Shown in pieces: positions 29,806-39,575 of a stretch of DNA of 64,000 bases. The notes under the pieces were generated by a model. The model was given only the letters and a program-made list of their open reading frames with translations, had not been told where the DNA came from and searched no databases. Numbering within the stretch: position 1 is the first letter of the stretch; each line of letters begins with the position of its first letter. The stretch is from an uncultured virus (IMG/VR IMGVR_UViG_3300017754_004896) (lineage: Duplodnaviria > Heunggongvirae > Uroviricota > Caudoviricetes), in the IMG/VR virus record IMGVR_UViG_3300017754_004896, one strand, 5' to 3'. A program made the translations under genes and the position numbers.

Positions 29806-30762
29806 CTACTCAAACCTTCGGTCTGGTACCGGCTGGCCGACGTACCAGCACTCGATTCCGTTGGGATACGGGATAGGTGCTAGATGGATCAGCCCCTCTC
29901 CCGCCACCTCCGGAGGAGCACCTAGGTGCATAGATATTGCAAACAGAATCAGAAACAATGGGTCGTTTTCAATTCTCTTTCTTCGGGCGTCAGGTCCAGG
30001 AAACCTAATATTCAGACCTTCCACAATCTTTGGGTCTCTCCATGGCATGGTATGCCAGCGAGGGTTTTGCCATAAAACTCCGTACTGCTCAGGCCTAAAT
30101 ATGGGCGGTTCCGAATAGTACTTGCAGAGTATTTTTTCTAGTGTTGGGTAGTCGATGTCCAGTGCGGGAGGGCATATGTTGGCCTTGTTTTCGTTCCACT
30201 CTTTCACTGTTTCTATAGCAATCTCTACCCCTCTGCGTAGAAGGGCGGGCGTCGGATAGTAAGGTTGAAGGGTAGAACTCCCATTCTTCTTTACGGTCTG
30301 TGGCTCTTGCTTCTTCTCCTGTCGCTTCTCCTGCTGCTTCTCCTCTTTCTTGGCCTTCTTCTCCTCTTTCTTAGCCCTCTTCTCCGCCTCCTCTCTCATG
30401 GCGGCTCTCTTCTGGGCCGTCATTTCCCTCAGGCGGTCGATCATCTTGTGAGGGGGCGGCTGTACCTCTTCTTCCTGCTTCCGGCGCGCATCCCTCGGCG
30501 CTGTCTTCGCCTGCTTCAGCTCGGCCTGTAGCGTCTCAGGCCACGCGGAAGGCTCGGGGAATGCCTCTCCCTCGTCCCGGAGCGCGAACGCCTGCTGCGA
30601 CAGCGCAAACAGCCGCTGGTCCAGCTCGAGCTTGTCTAAAGCCTTCTCGAGCAGCACTTGCGGCAGGTCTTCCTCAGCACACCCGAGCTGCTGTGTTAGC
30701 AGCGGAATCATAGCTTCGTCGTGCTCGGACAGAACAAGCAGGCACTCTTGAACACGAGGCAT
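29806..30762 (-). CDS. Hypothetical protein with Lys/Glu-rich coiled coil
   Basis: 318-aa ORF, first gene of the left arm. Confidence 0.7.
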   Translation of the reverse strand: MPRVQECLLVLSEHDEAMIPLLTQQLGCAEEDLPQVLLEKALDKLELDQRLFALSQQAFALRDEGEAFPEPSAWPETLQAELKQAKTAPRDARRKQEEEVQPPPHKMIDRLREMTAQKRAAMREEAEKRAKKEEKKAKKEEKQQEKRQEKKQEPQTVKKNGSSTLQPYYPTPALLRRGVEIAIETVKEWNENKANICPPALDIDYPTLEKILCKYYSEPPIFRPEQYGVLWQNPRWHTMPWRDPKIVEGLNIRFPGPDARRKRIENDPLFLILFAISMHLGAPPEVAGEGLIHLAPIPYPNGIECWYVGQPVPDRRFE

Positions 30763-30829
30763 AGACTACTCAGACCACAGGAACCCGCGCTAGGCAACTT
30801 CAACGACGGGGGGTGCCTTCTGCTGCGGG

Positions 30830-31610
30830 AATCGTGGCTTTCTTCTGGAAAAGACCCCGGAAACCTCGGAGAAGGAGGGGGTTCTTCTCGAAAACCCCTC
30901 AAAAACCCCGTGTTTTCGTTTCAGGCAAGCCACGCTCCCTCGCGTCGTCAAGCGACGTAGCGTAGCTTGCCTGAAATCGAAAAAAAAATCAATATTTTTT
31001 CCGCTACCCCAAGGCAAATTTGGGTAGATTGTTTAGATTTGTAAGGTGCGCGCCTCGTTCAAGTGGGCGCCCACTTCCGCTCCGAGGGGGTCCGGAGGGC
31101 ACTAAGTGTACTTAGCGGGGGGTCTCCTGGCGCCTCTGCAGACGCTGCTCAGCCATCGGTGGCGACCCCCTCGAAGTAGCCCACCCGAGGTAGGGCCCGT
31201 CGAAGGCCCGTCGAAGGCCCGTCGAAGGCCCGTCGAAGGCCCGTCGAAGGCCCGTCGAAGGCCCGCCAAGGGCTTTTCTGGCGCCTTTCCGTCTCTCCCT
31301 CCACCTCTCCCCTCCCCCTCTCCACAGATAGAGAAGAGAAGCCCCCCGGGAGGCGGCGATGCCTCTGTGATCTGCGGGGGGCAGGCTATGCCCGCAGGGG
31401 AAGGAGATGCTTCAATCGCCTCCGAGCACCTGAAGTTCTACAGCGGTTTTCCTGCTGTTTCGTGACTTTCCCCTCGCAAGACCCCCCAGAAACGCCAATA
31501 AAAAAGGGTGTTTTCCGTCGAAAACACCCTAAAAACCCACATTTTTTGTTTCAGGCAAGCTAGCCAAAGGCTAGCTTGCCTGAAATGAAAAAAGAAAGCA
31601 AGTTTTTCCC
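30830..31610. repeat. Two diverged ~180-bp direct repeats, each with two hairpins
   Basis: TTTCAGGCAAGC..GCTTGCCTGAAA at 30919-30976 and 31549-31585; GGG..GAAAAC.CCCT hairpins at ~30875-30900 and 31505-31530. Confidence 0.8.
31194..31269. repeat. 11-bp tandem repeat GGCCCGTCGAA, six copies plus a partial (iteron-like)
   Basis: Six perfect units at 31194-31259. Confidence 0.92.
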
Positions 31611-32603
31611 GAGGGGGTGCCCCGTTTTAGTCAATCGGGACTTCCGGCGAAGAAACCAGCATGTTTTGTGCTGTTCCCGCAGTATCGAGGAAGAGAAGTT
31701 CATGTATTCTTGCAGCATATGAAGTGTTTTCTCCGTTACACCCCAGTTATATCGAACATTCGGGCTGATTTTCAAGAAGCATGCCAGAAAAAGGGTGGGG
31801 GGCTAATTAGGTCGAGTTAGAGGGTAATTAGGACGGCAGGAACGACAGAACTGGAAAAGTCAAGAAAGCGACGTCGATTTTTCCGAGGGAACCCCAACCG
31901 ATTGAAATCATTGAAGACTACATATAGGAGAAGGTGGGATACGATGATAGGTTTACCGATGTTTCCCTACATCGTCTCTACCGTGTTTCTTATTTCCCCC
32001 CTCTTCTATTTTTATAGAGAAAGAAAATTTTTTCTGGAGACAATGTAGGCAAGAGCCCCCTGTCATTCTGGTTCTAGGGGCCCCTAGACCTCTTGAAGAT
32101 GTTATATTTGATGTTGTATAAATATGACATGTACAATATTGCTCTTTGAGGAAGGGGGGCGGGGGGAGGGGAGGTGGAGGAGGGGTGGGTACTAAAAATA
32201 AAAATGATTTTACTAAAAAGAACAAGGAGGCGGAATTAGGGGGAGCCCCCTGCCCTCCGGCCCCCGTATAGCCTACCCAGGGGAGGGGGTGCCCCCGGGC
32301 CCGGCCCAAGGGACCTTCGAGGCATCGCCGAGGGCTCGCGGCCCCCAGCCACGAAAACCCCCCCATCCAGCCGGGAGGTCGCCTCGAAAACCCGTCAGTT
32401 TTCGCAAAAAGTGCTCGGAAGTGTGAATTCGTCTTGCTTTGCCTTGCGGATTCGCTAAGCTCCCAAAGTTCGCTCGAAGGCGCGTTTGCCAACGTTCCGC
32501 AACTGGCGAAAACACCGACTATTCAGATATTTTGAGTGTTGTACTCGGGTTTTTCCAGTTGCCGTTGCCGCGCCCCTCGAATTTCTGGACCTTATCCCGC
32601 TAG

Positions 32604-32939
32604 GTGCGTAGTATCCGGGGCATGCCTGGCAGGATACCTGCAAAAAAGCCGCGAAAGTCGCGCAGCGAGCGCTGCATTCGATGTGCTCGATGTCGCGTGG
32701 AGTTGCTGTTCGAGCCCTCGGAAGTCGAGGTTTTCCCGGACGGGTTGTGTTACGTGACCTGCCCGAAGTCGCGATGTCGCGCCGCTACCTACGTCGGCAC
32801 CCCCGATGTGTTGGGGAGTCGGCAGGAGGCCCCGAGGATGCCCAGCGCTCTGCACAGACCGAGGCAGGATGCGTTTTCGCCCCTGAGGGCACCCCAGGTA
32901 GCCCCTCGTCCCATCGGCGCATCCTGGAGGCAGCCATGA
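32604..32939 (+). CDS. Zn-ribbon protein
   Basis: CARC..CPKSRC; ATGA coupling to the next ORF. Confidence 0.55.
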   Translation: MRSIRGMPGRIPAKKPRKSRSERCIRCARCRVELLFEPSEVEVFPDGLCYVTCPKSRCRAATYVGTPDVLGSRQEAPRMPSALHRPRQDAFSPLRAPQVAPRPIGASWRQP

Positions 32940-33121
32940 GGCTTGGCGGGGTGTTGGATATCGCCAACGATTCCTCGAGGGGTCGAACGGGTCGAGGTCC
33001 CTCGAAGTACCTCCCGAAGTGCCCCGAGGCGCCGCTTCCCTCGAGCCAGGATTCGTTTTTGCCCTTGGTGGCACCCCCTGTAGCCTTCCGTCGCCTCGAC
33101 GCATCCTGGGGGCAGCCATGA
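32936..33121 (+). CDS. Small protein with C-terminus paralogous to the upstream Zn-ribbon protein
   Basis: ATGA coupling on both sides; QD.F.PL.AP.VA.R..ASW.QP. Confidence 0.45.
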   Translation: MRLGGVLDIANDSSRGRTGRGPSKYLPKCPEAPLPSSQDSFLPLVAPPVAFRRLDASWGQP

Positions 33122-33606
33122 GCTCCGACGCAGAGATTCGCGAAGCTGCGCTCCGGCTCATCGCTGGGGGGATGGACCCCTTCCGCGCCGCCGTGGAGGC
33201 CGCGAGGCAGGTGACGCAGCAGCAGGGGGAGCAGGCAGCCGCTTACCGAAGCATGGTGGAGTCTGAGGAAAGGGATCCTACGGGGCTTTACTCGCACGGA
33301 GGGATGTCCGCGGGGGGAATCTTCGGGGAAGGTGTCGTAGCTTTACCCGACCATGACACGGCTGCTCGGTCTCGCGGAGTGCAGACCCGCGCCCAAATGG
33401 CAGGGGTCGAACAGTCGGCCATGATGATGCAAATGTTGTCGATTCAGCAGCAAATGCAGCAACAAGCCCTGTTGATGCAGAGACAGCGAGACATGCTGGC
33501 AGCCGCCCAGGAGCGGGTCAGGCTGCTCGAGCAGAGCGTCTCGAAAGAGTCGCACGACGACCCATGGGAGCATCCCGAAAAGGCTCGTCGGAAGCGTCGC
33601 AGATAG
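33118..33606 (+). CDS. Hypothetical Gln/Met-rich protein
   Basis: ATG 33118 (MSSDAEIRE) coupled to the upstream stop. Confidence 0.7.
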   Translation: MSSDAEIREAALRLIAGGMDPFRAAVEAARQVTQQQGEQAAAYRSMVESEERDPTGLYSHGGMSAGGIFGEGVVALPDHDTAARSRGVQTRAQMAGVEQSAMMMQMLSIQQQMQQQALLMQRQRDMLAAAQERVRLLEQSVSKESHDDPWEHPEKARRKRRR

Positions 33607-33632
33607 ACCCAATACACGACAGGTGAGACAAT

Positions 33633-34061
33633 ATGTTGGAGTGGGGAGTCCCCATAACTCTGTCTATAATATGTGTCATTATGTACCTATGGGCCAGGCA
33701 CGAAAGGGGATGTTACAATAACCTCGTTATGTCCTGGCAAGAGGAGAAAAAGCTTCGTCAGGAGGAGACAGAAGCCAGGATGGCCGCAGAAAGAGGGCTT
33801 TCGGCGCTGCACAACGGGCTTGCGAAGAACGAGCGGTTGCTCGTCGCCCAGGCGAGGGTGCATGACCACCTAGTGAAAGAGAAAGACGAACTCTGGGCCC
33901 AGTATCAGACCACCGTTTCACAACTCGCCAACGGGCAATCGCTACTGTCACAACAGGTTAGACACCTTTTGCGAGCCTATAATGGGTATCGGAAACAGCA
34001 CGGAGACGAGCCAGTCAAACTAGACCCATTCATCGAACAAGTTTTGGACAAGGAAGAATAG
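33633..34061 (+). CDS. Membrane-anchored coiled-coil protein
   Basis: N-terminal TM then heptads. Confidence 0.7.
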   Translation: MLEWGVPITLSIICVIMYLWARHERGCYNNLVMSWQEEKKLRQEETEARMAAERGLSALHNGLAKNERLLVAQARVHDHLVKEKDELWAQYQTTVSQLANGQSLLSQQVRHLLRAYNGYRKQHGDEPVKLDPFIEQVLDKEE

Positions 34062-34062
34062 A

Positions 34063-34575
34063 ATGGAAGACGCAGAAGAAGAGTTCGAGGAGTCCGGGTT
34101 AGGGGATGATAGCGCGGACCCGGAAGAAGGTATACTGGCGTCGCCTTCGGACGAGCCTCACGTACATGATGCCTTCGATGACATGGTCGGAGGGATGGTC
34201 ATTCCTGAAACCACCCACATGACGGGGGAGGACGGGATACCGAAGCCGATAGACCACGGAATTGAACAGGCCTTGGAGCTCGCACTGCATCCAGACACTC
34301 TAGTGTGCATGGGCACGGAGAGTCGTCAGGTGTGCCGTTACTATGTGAGGCAGATGCTATCGCTCGGGAATAACCCGGAGCATCAGCAGGTGCATAGGCT
34401 CTGCATGATGCGACAGGGAGCAAGCGGGGCATTCGTGGATGTTTCGGGAGGGGTTTGGGCTTGTGATCTTCGGGATCCTCCCGACAAGAAGAGCCAGAAT
34501 AAGCTGGACGTTTTCGACGCTCGGAAGATGGCGGAGGGGCAAGAAAGGTCCTCTCGGTCTGTGTTTCGCAAGTAG
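34063..34575 (+). CDS. Acidic, Cys-containing hypothetical protein
   Basis: Operon packing; four spaced Cys. Confidence 0.7.
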   Translation: MEDAEEEFEESGLGDDSADPEEGILASPSDEPHVHDAFDDMVGGMVIPETTHMTGEDGIPKPIDHGIEQALELALHPDTLVCMGTESRQVCRYYVRQMLSLGNNPEHQQVHRLCMMRQGASGAFVDVSGGVWACDLRDPPDKKSQNKLDVFDARKMAEGQERSSRSVFRK

Positions 34576-34599
34576 TGTGCAGAGTAGAAAGGACCGGTT

Positions 34600-35169
34600 A
34601 TGGCAGAAGACATGGTGAAGTCGATCATTGAAGGGAAGAAGGGCGAGGAAGAGGTACTCGAGGGGGACGAAGCTCTCGCCGAGCTGATGTCGGAGTACGG
34701 CAATCTGATCCTGCGCGGCGACAAGCTGAAGGACTCCTTCAACCTGGCGGCCACGCGAGCAGAGAGCAGTGGCAACGCCGCGATGGTGCCGATTCTTCGG
34801 GCTATCGCCAATGAACTAGTCCCCCTGTTGCAGGATACCATTGACGTTAGCCGGTACTCCTTCGCCGCAGTGGTCGGGCTCGACAGCGAGGAGGAAGAGG
34901 CGGAAGAGGGTGAGAGCGAGGAGGACGAAGGAGGTGCCATCAGCAACACGGCGGCGGAGGCCATTTACCGCGTGGTGAGGCTCACCCGGAGCTTCCTCGA
35001 GGGGCTCATGCTGTCGGGGCTTCTGGCGAAGAAGCCGAAGGCGAAAGCGGCTGCCGACAACCTCCTAGCTATGCTGAAGGGGCTGGAGCTCCAAGGAGCA
35101 GCGGACGGTTTCCTGCCCGATTCACAGGAAACTAAGATGCTTGGGGACGTGAAAGATTCGTTCAAGTAA
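34600..35169 (+). CDS. Acidic helical hypothetical protein
   Basis: AAGGA SD; operon packing. Confidence 0.75.
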   Translation: MAEDMVKSIIEGKKGEEEVLEGDEALAELMSEYGNLILRGDKLKDSFNLAATRAESSGNAAMVPILRAIANELVPLLQDTIDVSRYSFAAVVGLDSEEEEAEEGESEEDEGGAISNTAAEAIYRVVRLTRSFLEGLMLSGLLAKKPKAKAAADNLLAMLKGLELQGAADGFLPDSQETKMLGDVKDSFK

Positions 35170-35177
35170 GGGGTATT

Positions 35178-37694
35178 ATGCAGAGCGAAGAGTTCCTTCG
35201 CAGAGAGGGGGAGTTGTATGGCATAAGTCCGGATGACTATGTCAAACTGAGCCCCGTTCTGCGGGTGTCGGCGAAAAGTAAGTGGATGCGAGAGCGCCGG
35301 AAGGAGGCGCAGAGCAAAGGCATCGACGAGGAGACCTTTCTCGAAGCCTCGCAGCGGGAGATTCTGAGCACCTTGCGGAGCGAGTTCCCGGGGGAGCCCC
35401 CGGGGCCCTCGCCTGGGGGCTTGGGGTCGAGCTCGGCACCCCACCAGGAGCAGAATGCCGTCCCTCGGATTCCTGGTAGCTCGGGGAGCCCCGGCAATGA
35501 GGGGCGCGGCCCCATGGGGGTCGTCCCCATCTTGCCGGCGGTGATGGCTCGCCGAGTGAATTCGGGGGCACCGGACCTCGTTGGAGACCGAGCCCCTCGA
35601 ACCCTGTCCGATATCTACGCTCGCTGGCCCGTCGGTAAGCAAGAAGGATATTACCTTCGAGTGGAGCGCACCCAGCCCCGGTTCTTCCAGAATGTACCTT
35701 GTGCCGGGTACGTGGGGGACATCAGTGTAGAGATGACGGAGAGGGAATTCGGTTCGTACTTCGGCGGCAGAGAGTATGTCATCGAGGTTTACGGACCAGA
35801 CCCTAGGAAGCAGGACGTGCAGGGAGCACCTGTCATAAAAAGGCTGTCAGACCCAATAAAACTGTCAGTCCCTGTCTTGCCCCCCAACATGTTCGCAGGA
35901 AGCGTCAGCAGTAAGGCAGAATCACCTCAAAGTTCGGGAGAGAATATGTATCCGCAACACATGTACCCAGGGGCGATAGCTCCTCCCCCCTCGCAGGCCG
36001 ACGTCCAGATGCATCGAACCACACTCGAGGTGGTCGGAAACATGTTGCAGAAGCAACAGGAAAGGGAGGCCCGGTTCAATCGGGAGCAAGGGGACGTCAC
36101 GGGCAACGTCCTGAAGATTGTTTCCGAGGCAGGCAAGGACCAGCTGTCACTCGCGAAGGAGCAGCTGGCGGCGGAGCGAGAGGAGCGAAGGAGGCTCGAG
36201 GAGAAGCTATCGAGTGCGACGAACCCGACGGTGGACCTCGTCAGGGCGTTTGCACCGAACAAAGATGCGGCGCTCGAACAAATGAAGTCCACCTACGAGT
36301 CCCAGATAGCAAACAATGAGCGGCTGTATGCTTCGATGCGAGAGACGGCGGAGCAGCGGCACCGAGAGGAGCTTCGGCGGTCCGACGAGCGGTTCCTCGA
36401 GATCAAGTCAAGGTATGACTCGGATATCGGGAACGTGAGGGCAGAGGCTGAGAAGCAGCAGAACGCGCTGCGAGACCAGTTTGCACGAGATATAGAGAAC
36501 GCGAGGAGGGACTACGAGTCTCGGGAGAGGTCGTTGCGGGAGGAGCTACGGGACGCGCGGTCGGAGCTGCGCCTCGACGCGGACAAGCGAATCGCGGAGC
36601 TTCGGCAGGCGAGCGAGGAGAAGCAGCGCGACATAGAGAAGGCCTTCGAGCGGGAGCTCCGCGCCGTCAGAGAATCCAACGAGACGAGGCTACATGTCAC
36701 GGACCAGACCCGTCAGACGGAGATAGCGATACTTCGTGAGAAGCTCGCAGAGCGAGAGCAGGAGATTGCCAAGCTACAGCTGGAGGTCGAGAAGCTCGGG
36801 GATCCTGTGGAGCAGATCCAGGCCATGGAAGCAAAGGCCCAGGCGCTGGGGTATACGAAGAGCGACCCTAGCGCGCCGAGCGGGCCATGGGAGCACCTGG
36901 CTGCTTCCGTCGGAGCGGGCGTGGGGCAAATGTTGGGGTCGGTGGGGGAGTGGGGTCCTTCTATCCTCGAGCGGATGCAGGCCGGCGCGGCGCAACGGCA
37001 GCAAATGGCGCTGCAGCAGCAAGCCTTGATGATCCAGGCGCAGCAAATGAAACAGCTCCCGGGGAACTCTGGGCCTAGCGGGCCGGGTCCCGGGCCCAGC
37101 GGTCCCCAGGAAGCGAATGGGCGGATACCTCCCCCCAAACGTCGCCCGGTAGTGTGGGCGACCGAGAATCAGGCGCTCCCTGCGACCCCCTCGAAGGAAG
37201 CACCTCCGCTCGGGGTGACGTCGGCGCAGGGGCTGGTGAAGGTCGAAGAAGGCGCGGCGGAAGGCCCCCTTGAGGGTGCTGAGGGCATGCCAGCACCGGA
37301 AGCACCCCCCGTAGCGGAGACCGAGGCACCGGCCGCACCCGCAGCCGAGGCCCCCCAGATGGGCGGCATTGAACTTCCCCCCGAGGAAGAGCTCGCTCAA
37401 ATGATGCCAGAAATGCCCGCTAAAATGAAGGCGTCGTTCACAATGCAGCATGTTTTCGGCTTTATGTTGGCTGTCGAAGACCAGATGAAGGTGGCGTTGC
37501 CGCCGGCCACCTTTCTCGAGCATTTCGCCGCCAAGTACCCCGCCCAGGCGCGAGCCGCGTACGAGGTCGGGTTTGATACGTTTGATGCCTACATCCAATC
37601 AATCCCCAGTCTCGAAGGCTCCATGATCGCTAGTCGTGGGGGGCAGCAGTGGCTTGAGAAGCTGTGGGCGGCGATGGCGAAGAAGTTCGCGTGA
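35178..37694 (+). CDS. Large coiled-coil protein (possible scaffold/assembly factor)
   Basis: 838 aa; long central E/R/Q heptad region flanked by Pro-rich segments. Confidence 0.8.
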   Translation: MQSEEFLRREGELYGISPDDYVKLSPVLRVSAKSKWMRERRKEAQSKGIDEETFLEASQREILSTLRSEFPGEPPGPSPGGLGSSSAPHQEQNAVPRIPGSSGSPGNEGRGPMGVVPILPAVMARRVNSGAPDLVGDRAPRTLSDIYARWPVGKQEGYYLRVERTQPRFFQNVPCAGYVGDISVEMTEREFGSYFGGREYVIEVYGPDPRKQDVQGAPVIKRLSDPIKLSVPVLPPNMFAGSVSSKAESPQSSGENMYPQHMYPGAIAPPPSQADVQMHRTTLEVVGNMLQKQQEREARFNREQGDVTGNVLKIVSEAGKDQLSLAKEQLAAEREERRRLEEKLSSATNPTVDLVRAFAPNKDAALEQMKSTYESQIANNERLYASMRETAEQRHREELRRSDERFLEIKSRYDSDIGNVRAEAEKQQNALRDQFARDIENARRDYESRERSLREELRDARSELRLDADKRIAELRQASEEKQRDIEKAFERELRAVRESNETRLHVTDQTRQTEIAILREKLAEREQEIAKLQLEVEKLGDPVEQIQAMEAKAQALGYTKSDPSAPSGPWEHLAASVGAGVGQMLGSVGEWGPSILERMQAGAAQRQQMALQQQALMIQAQQMKQLPGNSGPSGPGPGPSGPQEANGRIPPPKRRPVVWATENQALPATPSKEAPPLGVTSAQGLVKVEEGAAEGPLEGAEGMPAPEAPPVAETEAPAAPAAEAPQMGGIELPPEEELAQMMPEMPAKMKASFTMQHVFGFMLAVEDQMKVALPPATFLEHFAAKYPAQARAAYEVGFDTFDAYIQSIPSLEGSMIASRGGQQWLEKLWAAMAKKFA

Positions 37695-37795
37695 GGCTAC
37701 TTCACACTTTCTTATAGGGTTTTCGGGGTGCTTCGGCACCCCGAGCTTTTTCTGGCACCTGAACGCGAGAGGGGATCTTGACAAGGAGGGGCCCC

Positions 37796-37824
37796 TTGGA
37801 GAACAGCAGGATCTCTGGTATGAT
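37796..37824 (+). promoter_or_regulatory. Putative promoter TTGGAG-N17-TATGAT with TG extension
   Basis: Ends 40 nt upstream of the protease ATG at 37864. Confidence 0.45.
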
Positions 37825-37863
37825 GCTGCCTGCGAGTGTCCGAGCCCTTGCCGGTGGATTCCT

Positions 37864-38433
37864 ATGCTCGCAGCCCAAACAATCAAGAACCCCAGCTATC
37901 AGCTGTCTGGCTTCAGCGGGGCCCGAGATACGCTGAGAGCCATGGTGGAAGCGGCTCAGGGGGCCTACGGGGAGCGTAGTGCGCTGGTCCGTCGGGCTAC
38001 AGAGGAAGCCATCGGCAGGCTTGCGCCGAAGGCCTACGGGCCGGAGATCCTCGCGGTCGGCTACTGGGTGACGAAAAACGTCATCTACGTGAACGATCCT
38101 CTGCACGTCGAACTCCTGAAAACTCCCGAGAGGCTTGTTCGAGAGGTGCGGGAGCAGGGATTTGCCAGAGGGGATTGCGACGACATAGCTTGTTTGACAG
38201 GCACGATGGCATTGCAGCTCGGCCGGCAGGCACAGTTCGTTGTGGTGGGGTTTAGCGGACCCGGGGATTTTAGTCACGTATTCTGCCGGGTGAAACTACC
38301 CAAGACAGAGCAGTGGATAGTGATTGACCCTGTGGCAGGGTCTAATATCCGGTCCATGTTGGGGAGAGTGCGAACCTACCAGTTGTGGAGTTTGGACGAG
38401 TTGCCTAACACGGGTCCGTTGATGGAGAGATAA
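37864..38433 (+). CDS. Transglutaminase-like cysteine protease (candidate maturation protease)
   Basis: Cys-His-Asp triad motifs GDCDD, FSHVF, WIVIDP; first gene of the structural operon. Confidence 0.85.
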   Translation: MLAAQTIKNPSYQLSGFSGARDTLRAMVEAAQGAYGERSALVRRATEEAIGRLAPKAYGPEILAVGYWVTKNVIYVNDPLHVELLKTPERLVREVREQGFARGDCDDIACLTGTMALQLGRQAQFVVVGFSGPGDFSHVFCRVKLPKTEQWIVIDPVAGSNIRSMLGRVRTYQLWSLDELPNTGPLMER

Positions 38434-39216
38434 ATGCGAAAGACACTAGAAGCGGATTCCGCAGGCATTTTCCGGCGTCCTTCAAGTCCTGAGGTGGCGC
38501 CGACGGCGTTTTCCTTGGGCGCTACAATCGCCATTCCGACCATTGCCCCTAAGAAGGTCATCAGCCGGTATGGGTATGATTACGCGTCAGCTAATCTACC
38601 CTACGCTCCGGACCCTCAGGACGATTGTTCAGCAGGGGGAACTCGGCCTTGCAACTGCAAGTCTGCGGCGCTTTCGCAGCAGATAGTTGAGCAAGGGCTT
38701 TGCACTTCCTCGAAGCGGGTATCCATCAAGGGAGTAGGGGCAACGGGGCCTGGTGGGGAATCCCTGTTTCCGTGGCCAGGGAAGCAGTTCCGGACCATTC
38801 AGGACATTCAAGCCGCGAACCTCAATCCGTGCGAAGTATTGCTGTTGCCGACGTGCCCTGAGTGCGCGGCGGGCACTACGCTGACCCGGACGGGGGAGCA
38901 GGGGTACTGCGCCAAACCTGTAGTTATCGTGCAGCAGCACGGGGGACCGCAGCCGCCTTCGACGATATACGCCCCGCAGCCCCCCTCGACGATATACGCG
39001 TCGCAGCCTCCTTCGACGATATACATGCCGAAGCCGCCCGTGGTTACGACAGAGCCTCCGAAGAAGACAACGACGCCCGAGCCACCTAAGAAGGAAGAGG
39101 CGGCTTCCGGTGGCAGCTTCTTTACGGGGGCCTGGTGGATATTGTTGCTCGCCGCGGCGGGGGGCGGGTACTACCTGTACACCCAGAGCTCCAAGAAGCC
39201 AGCGGGGAAGAAGTGA
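38434..39216 (+). CDS. Cys/Pro-rich tail-anchored protein
   Basis: SLGAT, GVGAT; PPSTIY repeats; C-terminal TM + KK. Confidence 0.8.
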   Translation: MRKTLEADSAGIFRRPSSPEVAPTAFSLGATIAIPTIAPKKVISRYGYDYASANLPYAPDPQDDCSAGGTRPCNCKSAALSQQIVEQGLCTSSKRVSIKGVGATGPGGESLFPWPGKQFRTIQDIQAANLNPCEVLLLPTCPECAAGTTLTRTGEQGYCAKPVVIVQQHGGPQPPSTIYAPQPPSTIYASQPPSTIYMPKPPVVTTEPPKKTTTPEPPKKEEAASGGSFFTGAWWILLLAAAGGGYYLYTQSSKKPAGKK

Positions 39217-39575
39217 TGCAGCGCATTTACAACCCGGAATACTACCGGAGGCGCAGTGTGGGCGAGGACCTCCCTCGGTTGAGCGCGGTTGCGCCCGAGG
39301 CAGGGCCCATCACCACTACCACGTATGATAGCTCGGCGATGCCGGAAGCGGGCAAGGACGGCTGGGTGCTCATGACGCAGAAGGATGGCAGCCAGATGTT
39401 GGTACGGCCATTCGTGCCTGTGACGCCCGCGGTACCCGGAACGCCAGCGACACCCAGGACGCCAGCGGCACCTGGAACGCCAGCGGCATCCACAACTTCC
39501 AACACTATGCTTTACGCAGGTATCGCGGCGGCTGCCGCAATAGGGCTATACTTCCTCGTGAGGGCAAGCAAATGA
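39216..39575 (+). CDS. Tail-anchored protein
   Basis: MQRIYNPEYYRRRSVGE; C-terminal TM. Confidence 0.75.
   Translation: MQRIYNPEYYRRRSVGEDLPRLSAVAPEAGPITTTTYDSSAMPEAGKDGWVLMTQKDGSQMLVRPFVPVTPAVPGTPATPRTPAAPGTPAASTTSNTMLYAGIAAAAAIGLYFLVRASK

Noticed and set aside
31194..31269. Tandem repeat as a CRISPR array
   Set aside because: 11-bp units without spacers; the Cas4-like nuclease sits in a replication operon with no cas1/cas2
30708..32643. Short ORFs in the central region (e.g. 31106..31465, 31953..32492)
   Set aside because: Translations of repeats and homopolymer tracts; the region reads as non-coding
35178..37694. Tailed-phage tape measure protein
   Set aside because: Charged coiled coil rather than the usual Ala/Gly-rich composition, and no neighbouring tail genes
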